A stretch of DNA of 64,000 nt from Flavobacteriales bacterium (GTDB taxonomy: Bacteria; Bacteroidota; Bacteroidia; CAIKAF01). Of this stretch, positions 30,513-40,027 are shown one piece after another (position 1 is the stretch's first letter; each line of letters opens with the position of its first letter). The stretch covers positions 911 to 64,910 of the forward strand of contig JANWKQ010000168.1 in NCBI GenBank assembly GCA_025451295.1, read 5' to 3'. A program made the translations under genes and the position numbers. The notes under the pieces were generated by a model, which made no database searches, was not told the DNA's origin, and saw only the letters and a list, made by a program, of their open reading frames with translations.

Positions 30513-30585
30513 GGTGCGGTAGCTCAGTTGGTAGAGCAAAGGACTGAAAATCCTTGTGTCGCCGGTTCGATCCCGGCCCACACCA
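30513..30585 (+). tRNA. tRNA-Phe (GAA), CCA not encoded
   Basis: GGTGCGG TAGCTCAGTTGGTAGAGC AAAGGA-CTGAAAA-TCCTT ... GCCGG TTCGATC CCGGC CCACACC A; TAACTTTG promoter box at 30482. Confidence 0.97.
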
Positions 30586-30591
30586 CAGATT

Positions 30592-30620
30592 TGGCCCCCT
30601 ATCGGGGGCCATTTTTTTTT
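30592..30620 (+). terminator. Terminator after tRNA-Phe
   Basis: TGGCCCCC-tatc-GGGGGCCA-T9. Confidence 0.88.
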
Positions 30621-30624
30621 GTGA

Positions 30625-30750
30625 ACCCTGATTGAAGCAGCAGTAGCCCGCTGACACCAAAGGCTTGAGGGAGGTTTTGTAGGCCGACTGCAGGGACTAA
30701 AGCGAAAAGCCGTTGCAGGCGACAAGCAAAGAGGGTGGTGGTGTGGCCTT
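30625..30750 (+). repeat. Divergent member of the structured intergenic element family (copy E)
   Basis: CCTGATTGAAGCAG...GCAGGGACTAAAGCGAAAAGC; GC-rich relative to flanks. Confidence 0.35.
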
Positions 30751-30836
30751 CTAAAAAACATATCACAATAAATAAGCCGTATTATGGTTAATATTGCGGT
30801 GCATTTTCACCTTTTTATCCAGAACCACTTGTTGTT

Positions 30837-31577
30837 GTGAAACTATTAGCCATAGACAGAGGGAATTCAAGAACCAAAACCGCACTTCAAACGGGGCACT
30901 CAGAATTTGAATACCAGGTTTTTGAGAATGATCCGGAAGATAGCCTGTTGTTATACATTCGAAGCATTTCGTTTGATGCCGCCATCATGAGCACGGTGGC
31001 CGCGGATAATCTTAAAAAAACATCTGAATACTTACAATCAAAAGGATTTTTTCTCCTGGTTGATCCTCATACATCCCTCCCATTGAAAAATGAATATGCT
31101 ACTCCTGAAACGCTGGGTACAGATCGTATTACCGGAGCAATAGGTGCATGGAAACAAATGGGAGAGAGAGATGTTTTATTGGTGGATGCAGGAACCTGCA
31201 TGAATTACGAATTCGTGATAAATAACATCTATCAGGGCGGGGCTATATCACCCGGACTTCGGATGCGGTTAAAGGCGATGCATGATTATACGGGTAAATT
31301 GCCTTTGCTTGAGGTACCGGATAGCAGCATTGAATTGATCGGCAAATCAACTTCCGGTTGTATGGCTTCCGGAGCTGTACTTGGTCTATGCAGGGAGATA
31401 GAGGGATTTGCGAATGAATATGAGAAAAGATATCCGGGAATAGCAATGGTATTAAGCGGTGGAGATGCCCCGTTTTTGGGCAAATACCTAAAAAATGGCA
31501 TCTTTGCACTCCATAAAGAGGTCGTATTGATAGGGTTGATGGAAATTTTGAAATTTAATCTGAATGCAAAAAACTAA
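30837..31577 (+). CDS. coaX: Type III pantothenate kinase
   Basis: AIDRGNSRTK, YATPETLGTDR, VDAGT, GGAISPG, SGGDA. Confidence 0.93.
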   Translation: MKLLAIDRGNSRTKTALQTGHSEFEYQVFENDPEDSLLLYIRSISFDAAIMSTVAADNLKKTSEYLQSKGFFLLVDPHTSLPLKNEYATPETLGTDRITGAIGAWKQMGERDVLLVDAGTCMNYEFVINNIYQGGAISPGLRMRLKAMHDYTGKLPLLEVPDSSIELIGKSTSGCMASGAVLGLCREIEGFANEYEKRYPGIAMVLSGGDAPFLGKYLKNGIFALHKEVVLIGLMEILKFNLNAKN

Positions 31578-33030
31578 GGTCGTACTTTTTATTCTTGGAT
31601 TTTTCTGCCTGGTTCAGATCAGCCGTGCTCAATTCGATACACAGAGTCCTTATTCGTATTATGGAATTGGTATACCCATGGGCAATACATTGCAAAATGG
31701 ATTTGCCATGGGTGGTGTGTCTCATGCTTTAAGAGATTCTGCTTGTCTGAATTATTATAATCCTGCTTCGTATAGCAGTATAGATGTTACGCAACTCAAC
31801 TTTGGATTTGAAGGAAATTTTTTAACGCGAATTGATCAGGGGCAAACTTTCAGGAATAACAATGTATTGATCAACCAATTTGGATTGGGAATCCCTCTCA
31901 TGCATAAAAATAGATTTTTAAACTGGGGAATGTTTTTGGGGTATGCTCCCTATGCACAGGTGGGATACCGGCTCGAAGAGTCAGATTCCATTCTGATCAA
32001 TCCAAATGACACAAGCAAAGTATTGGCTGTTTATCGGTATACAGGTACTGGCGGATTGAACCGGCTAACCTGGGGAAATGGATTTCAATTCGGAAAAAAT
32101 TTCAGTCTCGGATTTAATTTCCATTATATTTTCGGGACTTCTAACCGGAGCCGAACATTGGATCTTCCGGCAAGCCAGGGGTATCTAAGTTCAAGAGTGG
32201 ATGAAAAAACCCGGGTGAATGCATTTTCATTTGATATAGGAGCACAGGGCTATTTTAATATTAAGAGAAAAAGATATACGTCTCCCCGGAGGATTACGAT
32301 CGAAAAAAAGGATGAGAATGGGAAAGTGATTTCCCGTAGGGATTCAGTTGTATCAAATGATAAGCGTAGTTATGATTTTAATGCTCCGTTTCGATTTATC
32401 ATCGGAGGAACTTTTAATTACGGAAGTTCTTTTAATGCCGATTTTGAACAACTCGGGATACAATATCTATCAGGAAGTTTTAATGTTCCGGTGGATACTT
32501 TTCTGTTAAATCCGAATCAAACAGGTAATATTACATTACCACATGGTTTTGGTGGAGGATTTGCATTGGTGAATCCCAGGATCTGGCAGGTAACGGCTGA
32601 TTTTAATTATAGACTCTGGAATGATTTCCGTTATTTCGATCAACCAGGATTGGTTTTTAATAACAGTTTGAGTGTTCATGTTGGCAGTGAGTATACTCCC
32701 TACTTTTCCAACAGGGATAGTGGCAGGAGAAGATTCTTTAAAAATCTTGTATTCAGATTAGGTGGAAGGTACCAAAATCGTTTTTACCAGCCTGATGGTA
32801 ATCCGGTTGATGAGGTGGCGGTTAGTTTTGGTCTCGGCTTGCCCTTTGGTTTTGAAAAAAGTTATGATGTGAATTTAACTCAGAAGATCATTGTTTCACA
32901 TATCAATCTCGGATTCGAAGGAGGATTTGCCAATAGCAGAAACAATGGTGTGGTAAATGAGACTTTTTTCAGGTTTAGTATATCCATTGCTTTAAGGGAT
33001 AAGTGGTTCAGGAAGTTTTTCTACAATTAA
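31564..33030 (+). CDS. Outer-membrane beta-barrel protein (OmpP1/FadL-like)
   Basis: Signal peptide; SPYSYYGIG, AMGGV, NPAS, G.GGLNR, C-terminal DKWF. Confidence 0.75.
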   Translation: MQKTKVVLFILGFFCLVQISRAQFDTQSPYSYYGIGIPMGNTLQNGFAMGGVSHALRDSACLNYYNPASYSSIDVTQLNFGFEGNFLTRIDQGQTFRNNNVLINQFGLGIPLMHKNRFLNWGMFLGYAPYAQVGYRLEESDSILINPNDTSKVLAVYRYTGTGGLNRLTWGNGFQFGKNFSLGFNFHYIFGTSNRSRTLDLPASQGYLSSRVDEKTRVNAFSFDIGAQGYFNIKRKRYTSPRRITIEKKDENGKVISRRDSVVSNDKRSYDFNAPFRFIIGGTFNYGSSFNADFEQLGIQYLSGSFNVPVDTFLLNPNQTGNITLPHGFGGGFALVNPRIWQVTADFNYRLWNDFRYFDQPGLVFNNSLSVHVGSEYTPYFSNRDSGRRRFFKNLVFRLGGRYQNRFYQPDGNPVDEVAVSFGLGLPFGFEKSYDVNLTQKIIVSHINLGFEGGFANSRNNGVVNETFFRFSISIALRDKWFRKFFYN

Positions 33031-33044
33031 TCCAACATAAATTC

Positions 33045-33593
33045 ATGTCATATAAATTTCTAAAAAAATTTATATTCGGTTGTACCTGTTTCTTCGCAAT
33101 TATTTCCTTTTCATGTAAAAATGATCTGGATAAGGTAAGGGTCGACATGGGAGAAAAAATACCGCTGGCGATCACTAAAAATTTTATTTCCTTGTTCAGC
33201 GATAGCGGAAAGGTTATTTTGAAAATCGAAGCACCCCTTCGAAAAGATTATATGGAAGATGAGTTTTACAGCGAGCTGCCCGAAGGGATCAAGGTTACTT
33301 TTTTTGATATGAATGATAAGATCATTGCAAATCTCACAGCCGATTATGCTATCATCAAAGGTTCCGGAATGTTTGTGCAGGGGCATGTAAGGATGAAGAG
33401 CAAAGAAAACGGTTTGCTATCGACCGAATCGTTGTTGTGGAACAGCGAAAAAAAGGAAATTACCACGATCGATGCGGTAGAGATCCGGCAGGAAAAAAAA
33501 CGCATCATAGGTCAGGGTCTCTGGGCCAAGCAAGATTTTAGTCAATACCAAATGACAGTTGTTACCGGAACCTTCCCCATTTCAGATAATTAG
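33045..33593 (+). CDS. lptC: LPS export ABC transporter periplasmic protein LptC (lipoprotein)
   Basis: Lipobox FSC; SDSGKV, PEGIKVTFFD, LTADYA, LSTESLLWN, G.GL.A.QDF. Confidence 0.82.
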   Translation: MSYKFLKKFIFGCTCFFAIISFSCKNDLDKVRVDMGEKIPLAITKNFISLFSDSGKVILKIEAPLRKDYMEDEFYSELPEGIKVTFFDMNDKIIANLTADYAIIKGSGMFVQGHVRMKSKENGLLSTESLLWNSEKKEITTIDAVEIRQEKKRIIGQGLWAKQDFSQYQMTVVTGTFPISDN

Positions 33594-33606
33594 AATTCAG
33601 TGTTTT

Positions 33607-33630
33607 CTTTGCGCCTTAGCGTCTCCGCGG
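33607..33630. repeat. Degenerate octamer tandem repeat
   Basis: ctttgcgc cttagcgt ctccgcgg. Confidence 0.45.
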
Positions 33631-33705
33631 TGAAACTTACATAGTTCAATAAATCACCAGGACTATCAAAAAAAATCCTTACTTTGTGGTAGCATATTTT
33701 CGTCA

Positions 33706-34989
33706 ATGAACCAGGAGGTTATTTTATTCTTGCTTTTTCTGTCGGTACTGTTGTCAGCATTTTTTGCCGGCACGGAAATGGCTTTTGTGTCAAGCAACAA
33801 GTTCAAGGTAGAGCTCGATAAAAACAAGGATAATTTTACAGGGAAACTATTAGGGATCGTTACACGCAGTCCATCAAAATTTATTGGTACCATGCTTGTG
33901 GGTAACAGCATATCGCTGGTGGTATTTGGGGTGATGGCTGCTCTTTTGCTCGAACCTCCGGTTGAAAAACTTTTTATTCTCTGGTTTGAAAAGGCGCCTA
34001 AGGTAATGGTGATCATTACACAAACAGTTATTTCTACTTTTTTTATTCTCATCACGGCAGAATTTTTACCGAAGGTGATCTCAAGTTTGAATCCGAACCG
34101 GTTCTTAAATCTATTTGTTTTACCCACTACCTTTTTTTATTACCTGTTTCAGTTACCTGTTTTTATCGTTGTTTTTATCTCGAAAAATATTCTGATGCTG
34201 TTTAAGGTAAAAATGAAGGAGGAAGAGATCACTTTCGAAAAAACGGATCTGAACTATTATCTCCGCCAGGTTACTAATTCGGGGACACATACAAAAGTGG
34301 AAGTGGAGAATGAGGTAAAGATCCTGCAAAACGTATTGGATTTTCCCAGTGTAAGAGCCAGGGATTGCATGGTTCCTAGAACAGAGATTGTTGGTATCGA
34401 ACAAAATGCCTCTATTGAAGATCTTAAAAAAGTCTTCCTCGATTCCGGACATAGCAAGATACTGGTCTATCGTGATTCAATTGACGATATCATCGGATTT
34501 GTGCATAGCTATGGTCTTTTTAAAAATCCAAAAGATTTTAAGGAGCTTATTATGCCTATTATGATCGTACCGGAAACCATGTTTGTAAAAGATATCCTTA
34601 CCCAGTTTGGTCAGCAACGCAGAAGCATTTCAGTGGTGGTGGATGAGTATGGAGGCACTGCGGGTATCATCAATATGGAGGATATCATCGAGCAGATCTT
34701 TGGGGAGATCGATGATGAAATGGATACTGAAGAAACAGTGCAGAAAAAAATCTCCGAAAATGAATATCTGTTTTCAGCCAGGCTTGAAATTGATTATCTG
34801 AATGATGAATATCATTTGAATCTGCCTGAAAGTGAGGAGTATACGACTTTGGCTGGAATGATCCTGGCCTTTAATGAGAACCTACCACAGGAAGGTGATG
34901 AGATCGAGGTCAGAAACTTCAAGTTTTTAATCAATCAGGTGAGTGAAACCCGTATTGAAGAAGTAAGCCTTTATATTCGCAAAGATTAG
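33706..34989 (+). CDS. HlyC/CorC (hemolysin-family) CNNM-CBS transporter-associated protein
   Basis: SAFFAGTEMAF, MLVGN, EFLPK, MVPRTE, VVDEYGGTAG, EDIIEQIFGEI. Confidence 0.92.
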   Translation: MNQEVILFLLFLSVLLSAFFAGTEMAFVSSNKFKVELDKNKDNFTGKLLGIVTRSPSKFIGTMLVGNSISLVVFGVMAALLLEPPVEKLFILWFEKAPKVMVIITQTVISTFFILITAEFLPKVISSLNPNRFLNLFVLPTTFFYYLFQLPVFIVVFISKNILMLFKVKMKEEEITFEKTDLNYYLRQVTNSGTHTKVEVENEVKILQNVLDFPSVRARDCMVPRTEIVGIEQNASIEDLKKVFLDSGHSKILVYRDSIDDIIGFVHSYGLFKNPKDFKELIMPIMIVPETMFVKDILTQFGQQRRSISVVVDEYGGTAGIINMEDIIEQIFGEIDDEMDTEETVQKKISENEYLFSARLEIDYLNDEYHLNLPESEEYTTLAGMILAFNENLPQEGDEIEVRNFKFLINQVSETRIEEVSLYIRKD

Positions 34990-34992
34990 GCT

Positions 34993-35134
34993 GTGCTATC
35001 CGGTGTTTCGCTAAACTCTCCTGCTCAAACGTAGGCTCATTCATCCTGCCATCCAGTTATTCCGCCTGCGCTATATAAGGGCTTGCAAGGCATTCGCTCT
35101 GCATTTGAGCTGCGGTGGACCAACACGGTAGCAG
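34993..35134 (-). repeat. Divergent member of the structured intergenic element family (copy D)
   Basis: Shares CCGGTGTTTCGCT with copy A; outer stem TGCTATCCGGTGTT/AACACGGTAGCA; inner stem GCTCAAA/TTTGAGC. Confidence 0.45.
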
Positions 35135-35266
35135 TTTTCAGATCAAAAAATCGTCTAAAGGCCTTATTTACGGGTCATTTTATCATCAAAAAGTGTATAT
35201 TCGTGCCTATTTTTTACAAACCAGGGGCATTGTAAAAACAGCATGTCCCGCAAATTTTTGTTGCAA

Positions 35267-37414
35267 ATGGCAATTATCGGAAGCATAAGAAAAAGAGGAA
35301 CTTTAATTGTAGTGATTGTTGGACTTTCACTGGGAGCATTTATTCTTGGGGGTGCCCAGAACCTTTTTGTGACCAACAATAATACGGTGGCATCTTTTAA
35401 CGGTAATAAATTTCCCGTTGAAAAATATCAGCAACAATTAGAAGAAAAGAAAGCATTCGTAAGCATGCTCAATCCAGGAATGGAATTGGACGAAGCAACC
35501 GAGGATGCTTTGAAAGATGAAGTATGGGAAGATTTGCTCAGACAATTTGTCTACGAAAAACAATATTCAGTGGTAGGTTTAAAAATCGGTGAAGAAGAAT
35601 TAAACGACCTTTTTGTTGGAGAAACAGTAGACCCAAGCATTAAACAGCAGTTTGTAAATCAACAGACCGGAAAATTCGATCCGAACCTGGTACAGCAATA
35701 TGCCCAACAGTTTGAAGATGCCAGCCAGGTGCCACAGGATAAAATAGATGAGTGGAATGCAAGAAAAGCTTATTGGGGTTATTTGCAGAATAAAATAAAG
35801 AACGATCGTTACTCTAATAAATACATGAACATGGTTACCAAAGGCTTATATGTAACCACGAAGGAAGCCAGTTCGATGTATAAAGCGAATAATGATAGGG
35901 CCAATGTTCGTTTTGTTGTAAAACCATATTCTACCATCGCTGATAGCACGATTTCATTTACCGAGGAAGAACTGGTTAATTTCTTTAAGGAGCATAAATA
36001 TAGAATGCGTTCAAAAAAATCCAAGAGCATTAAGTATGGAGTGTTCTTATCGATCCCAACTGTTGGTGATACGGCTGCATTGAGAAGCAACATCATAAAA
36101 CTAAGAGATGAGCTGGCCACTACGGATGATGATACGCTTTTTGTTGCTCAGAATTCAGAAGAATCACCCGAGCCTGTTTTCGTAAAGAAAAATGTGATCA
36201 ATAAAGACCTCGATAGTTTATTGTTTGATGCCCCAACAGGAACGGTAGCTGGGCCTTTTATTGAGAATGGATATTTTCTGATAGGTAAAAAGCTGATCGA
36301 AAGATTCCAACCTGATTCATGTAAGGCGCGTCATATTCTTATACAGCCAACAGAAAATAGTGAAGCGGCAGTAGGAATTGCCCAAAAATTACAGGACAGT
36401 ATTTATAATGTCTTAAAAGCTGACATGTCTAAGTTTGCCGAGCTCGCTGCTAAATTCTCAAAAGATGGCAGTGCAAAGGATACCGGTAACTTAGGATGGT
36501 TTGGTAAAGGACAAATGGTAGCAGAATTCAACGATTCCTGTTTCATGGGTAAAAAGGGTGATTTAAAAAAGGTAACCAGTCAGTTTGGGTATCATATCAT
36601 TTTGATCCTCGATCAAACGGCCCCTGTAAAAGAATCTCAGATAGCGATGGTTGTTAAGGCCATTAAGCCAAGTGAAGAAACCAAAAAAGTACAATATAAC
36701 CTGGCCAACGAAATGGCGTATGGCAAGCCTACTGATAAAAAAGCAGATGTGGTGAAGTACATGGATGATTTTGCGAAGAAGAATAATATCATCTATCGTG
36801 ATGAAGCTTCCATAACAGAAGCTACGAAGAATATTCTCAATATGCCGAATACCAAACAGATCGTGAAATGGGCATTAGGCGCCAAGCGTGGAGATGTCTC
36901 TGATATTTTTGAATCGGATGATAATTATATTGTAGCCGTGGTGAATGCGAATCGTCCTGAAGGTATTCCTGCACTGAATGATGTTAGAGATGATGTAATT
37001 GCGGCATTCCGTCGTCACAAAAAAGCGGAAAAATTCATTGGTGAATTTAACTCAGCTTTGGCGATGAGTAAAACGATCGATGCGCTTTCATCAGCGCTTA
37101 AATTGAATATTGGAACTGCAGCGGATATTTCATTCGGAAGTTATTTTATTCCGGGAGCCGGTATTGAACCAGCTTTAATGGGAACGATCTTCGGATTAAA
37201 ACAAGGCATGCTCAGCAAACCGGTTGAAGGAAATAGTGGTGTATTTGTGGTGGTGGTAGATAAGTTTACGGCGGCACCTGTTTTGCCCGACTATAGTCAG
37301 ATGAAAAGCGATGTAAGTAAGTCTTATGGAAAAAGCAGAATGCAGGATATCATCAATGCCATTAAGGAAAAAGCGAATGTAAAAGACAATCGTTATAAGT
37401 TTGATATATTCTAA
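35267..37414 (+). CDS. PpiD/SurA-like periplasmic chaperone with parvulin PPIase domain
   Basis: MAIIGSIRK plus TM helix; KARHILI, FAELAAKFSKD, GNLGWF..GQMVAEF, SQFGYHII. Confidence 0.9.
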   Translation: MAIIGSIRKRGTLIVVIVGLSLGAFILGGAQNLFVTNNNTVASFNGNKFPVEKYQQQLEEKKAFVSMLNPGMELDEATEDALKDEVWEDLLRQFVYEKQYSVVGLKIGEEELNDLFVGETVDPSIKQQFVNQQTGKFDPNLVQQYAQQFEDASQVPQDKIDEWNARKAYWGYLQNKIKNDRYSNKYMNMVTKGLYVTTKEASSMYKANNDRANVRFVVKPYSTIADSTISFTEEELVNFFKEHKYRMRSKKSKSIKYGVFLSIPTVGDTAALRSNIIKLRDELATTDDDTLFVAQNSEESPEPVFVKKNVINKDLDSLLFDAPTGTVAGPFIENGYFLIGKKLIERFQPDSCKARHILIQPTENSEAAVGIAQKLQDSIYNVLKADMSKFAELAAKFSKDGSAKDTGNLGWFGKGQMVAEFNDSCFMGKKGDLKKVTSQFGYHIILILDQTAPVKESQIAMVVKAIKPSEETKKVQYNLANEMAYGKPTDKKADVVKYMDDFAKKNNIIYRDEASITEATKNILNMPNTKQIVKWALGAKRGDVSDIFESDDNYIVAVVNANRPEGIPALNDVRDDVIAAFRRHKKAEKFIGEFNSALAMSKTIDALSSALKLNIGTAADISFGSYFIPGAGIEPALMGTIFGLKQGMLSKPVEGNSGVFVVVVDKFTAAPVLPDYSQMKSDVSKSYGKSRMQDIINAIKEKANVKDNRYKFDIF

Positions 37415-37432
37415 ACGAAGAATTTATTTTTT

Positions 37433-37464
37433 AAAAAGCCTCTCCGAACAAGAGAGGCTTTTTT
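37433..37464. terminator. Bidirectional terminator
   Basis: AAAAAGCCTCTC-cgaacaa-GAGAGGCTTTTT between convergent genes. Confidence 0.85.
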
Positions 37465-38251
37465 ATTTTAGCATGATACAGGAGGCAAATCTTCCCGTCT
37501 TGTTTTTAAAATAACGGGCTGAATAAAAAGTCTCATGATTTTTAAAAGTGCAAAGGCCTGAGATCTCAATATTATTTTCCGGGACACCGTGGTTGATCAA
37601 CCAGGTTTTGTTGGCCAGCCAAAGATCCACATGTGCTTTATCACCGTGGTAATTGGAAATAAGATCCGAAGAATTCGCAAATGCATTTTTAACTGCTTCG
37701 ATCACTTCCGGACCCACTTCATAGTTTTCAGCACAAATGGAAGGACCGATCCCTGCAAGAATATTTTCCGGTTGTGAATTGAATTCTGTTTTCAACGCAG
37801 ATACTACTTTATCTACAATCCCATTTACAGTTCCTTTCCAGCCTGCATGGATCGAAGCAACCACTTTTTCTTTTTTATCAAACAAGAGAATGGGTACACA
37901 ATCTGCACCCAAAGCGGCAATGGCCATATTTTCTTCAGCAGTGATCAATGCATCGTTGTTCTCACGGGTATCGCGAAAGTTTTTTTCGGTAATAATTTTA
38001 TAATTGGTAGAATGGGTTTGTTTTTGAAAAACCAGTCTTTCAAAAGGTACTCCCATAAATCCGGCTAATCTTCTGCGGTTCTCCTCCACGTAGTTTAAAT
38101 GATCTTCCACCCCATAACCCAGATTCAACGAATCGGCATATCCTTCGGATATTCCACCTTTCCGGGTGGAGATAGCGTGTCGGATGCTGCTTTGATCTAA
38201 TAAGTTCTCAAATTGAAATACTTCCAGATGGGTTTCTTTGTTTAATTTCAT
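37463..38251 (-). CDS. pgeF: Peptidoglycan editing factor / YfiH laccase-like nucleoside phosphorylase
   Basis: STRKGG, LNLG, QTHS, ADCVPILL, HAGWKG, IGPSI. Confidence 0.9.
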   Translation of the reverse strand: MKLNKETHLEVFQFENLLDQSSIRHAISTRKGGISEGYADSLNLGYGVEDHLNYVEENRRRLAGFMGVPFERLVFQKQTHSTNYKIITEKNFRDTRENNDALITAEENMAIAALGADCVPILLFDKKEKVVASIHAGWKGTVNGIVDKVVSALKTEFNSQPENILAGIGPSICAENYEVGPEVIEAVKNAFANSSDLISNYHGDKAHVDLWLANKTWLINHGVPENNIEISGLCTFKNHETFYSARYFKNKTGRFASCIMLK

Positions 38252-38937
38252 TCTGCTTCTTTCAATAGTTTTTCCACCACCTGTCTTACGCCTTCGCTGG
38301 CTTTCATTTCGTAGGTTTCCATTTTTTGTATTCCACTTACTTCAGGAATTTTTCGGTCAATAATGATCTTTCTTTTTTCCGCTGGAGCATAGGTTAGGAT
38401 CCCGGCAGCCGGATAAACCTGGAGACTGGTTCCTACCACCATAATGATCTCAGCATTCACAACCTCTTTTAGTGCAACGGACATCATCGGCACATCTTCC
38501 CCAAACCAAACGATATGTGGTCTAAGCTGACTTCCTTTACCACACTTGTCACCTAACTTGATGTCCTCTTTCCAATCGTACACCAGAGATTCATCCAACG
38601 TACTTCTCACTTTCAACAGTTCACCATGTAAATGAATAATGTTTTTTGAGCCGGCTCTTTCATGAAGATCATCTACGTTTTGAGTAACGATCACTACCTC
38701 ATATTTCGCTTCGAGATTTACGAGGAGTTTGTGGGCATCATTGGGTTCTACTTCACGTAATTGTTTTCTTCGTAAGTTGTAAAACTCAAGCACCAACTCT
38801 TTGTTCTTATGCCAGCCTTGTGGTGATGCCACTTCCATAATATCATGCCCTTCCCATAAACCACCGGCATCCCGAAATGTTTTAATCCCGCTTTCTTCAC
38901 TAATACCCGCTCCGGTTAATACAACAATTTTTTTCAT
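38248..38937 (-). CDS. cobB: NAD-dependent protein deacylase (sirtuin)
   Basis: TGAGISEESGIKTFR, TQNVDDLHERAG, HLHG, RPHIVWFGE, GTSLQVYPAA. Confidence 0.93.
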   Translation of the reverse strand: MKKIVVLTGAGISEESGIKTFRDAGGLWEGHDIMEVASPQGWHKNKELVLEFYNLRRKQLREVEPNDAHKLLVNLEAKYEVVIVTQNVDDLHERAGSKNIIHLHGELLKVRSTLDESLVYDWKEDIKLGDKCGKGSQLRPHIVWFGEDVPMMSVALKEVVNAEIIMVVGTSLQVYPAAGILTYAPAEKRKIIIDRKIPEVSGIQKMETYEMKASEGVRQVVEKLLKEAE

Positions 38938-38977
38938 GGATCAACTTTGATGGATAAAGTTACAAATAATCTCCAAT

Positions 38978-39163
38978 GGCATAGGGATAGAAGCGGCATC
39001 CTTTTTATTGCTTCCCAAAACCATTTTCGATGCAGCAGTACAGACGTGCCCTGGCACGTCTCCTCAAATTGACGAAACTACGCGAACAGCAATAAAAAGA
39101 TATAGCGAATAGCCCGTTGCGCCATAGCTAAAGGCGAGGCGAGGAGGGAGGCGCAATGCCCAT
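38978..39163 (+). ncRNA. Structured intergenic repeat/ncRNA (Flavo-1-like), copy C, with REP-like palindrome in the loop
   Basis: GGGATAGAAGCGGCATCCTTTTTATTGC...GCAATAAAAAGATATAGCGAATAGCCC; inner GTACAGACGTGCC-CT-GGCACGTCT. Confidence 0.6.
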
Positions 39164-39188
39164 AAAAAAGCCCCTCCGAAAAGGGGCC
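39164..39188 (-). terminator. Terminator of the 39213-39917 gene
   Basis: A6-GCCCCT-ccgaaa-AGGGGC. Confidence 0.7.
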
Positions 39189-39212
39189 TGTTACTCTATC
39201 ACAAATCAAACA

Positions 39213-39917
39213 TTATTTTTCCTGGAGGTCATCATCAAATCCTTTATCACCACCCTTTTTCTTCCGTTCACCTTTTTTATTCTTTCTATACTCCTTTATT
39301 AGTTTGATCTGATCTTCCGATAGAATTTTCTTAACACCTTCTTTTTTATCTTCATTAATGACTTTCATCGCATTCTTCATTCCATCAGTACCCAGATCGT
39401 TGGCACAAAAAGCCGCTTTTTTTCTGGTAGCCAGATCTGTCAACAAAACCTTCATGTCATTACGTTGGTTTCCGGTGAATTTTACAATTTCATCTATTTG
39501 ATCGAGGCGATGATCAATCCTCTCATCCAGACTACCTCCTTTTTTATGATCCTGTTTTTTACCTTTATGTTCCGCCTTCTTTTCTTTTAAATGTGTTTTC
39601 AAAAGTTTCACCTGGTCATTCGATAGGATTTTTTTTACACCCGCTTTTTTCTCTTTCTGAATATCCTTCATTGCATTTTTCATTCCTGCCGAACCTATTT
39701 CGTTGGTACAAAAGGCATCTTTCTTCTTTTTGGCAAGATCTGTAAGCAAGATCTTCAGATCGTTTCGCTGTGTGCCGGTAAATTTGACCACTTCATCCAT
39801 TTTATCAAGGCGGCGATCCACCCGGTCTTCTATAGTTCCACCACCGCGGTGATGCTGGCTGAAGCTAAAGGCTACCATACCAAGGAATACTGCTATACTT
39901 AATGTTAACCGTTTCAT
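39213..39917 (-). CDS. Secreted helical protein with internal duplication (Spy/CpxP LTXXQ-like)
   Basis: Signal peptide; two ~90-aa repeats, each with FTGxQ and KKILSxDQ. Confidence 0.65.
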   Translation of the reverse strand: MKRLTLSIAVFLGMVAFSFSQHHRGGGTIEDRVDRRLDKMDEVVKFTGTQRNDLKILLTDLAKKKKDAFCTNEIGSAGMKNAMKDIQKEKKAGVKKILSNDQVKLLKTHLKEKKAEHKGKKQDHKKGGSLDERIDHRLDQIDEIVKFTGNQRNDMKVLLTDLATRKKAAFCANDLGTDGMKNAMKVINEDKKEGVKKILSEDQIKLIKEYRKNKKGERKKKGGDKGFDDDLQEK

Positions 39918-40027
39918 CTTTATTCGTTTTAGTTTAGGGATTGGATGGTCGAAAATCCAAAAGGTTTAATGGGTGGCTGTGAAAATAAATTAAAAACTCC
40001 GCCTCGCCAGAGTTTTGGAGTATTTTA

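Noticed and set aside
30586..37414. Genomic island or prophage at tRNA-Phe
   Set aside because: No integrase or att duplication seen; the downstream genes are core envelope genes
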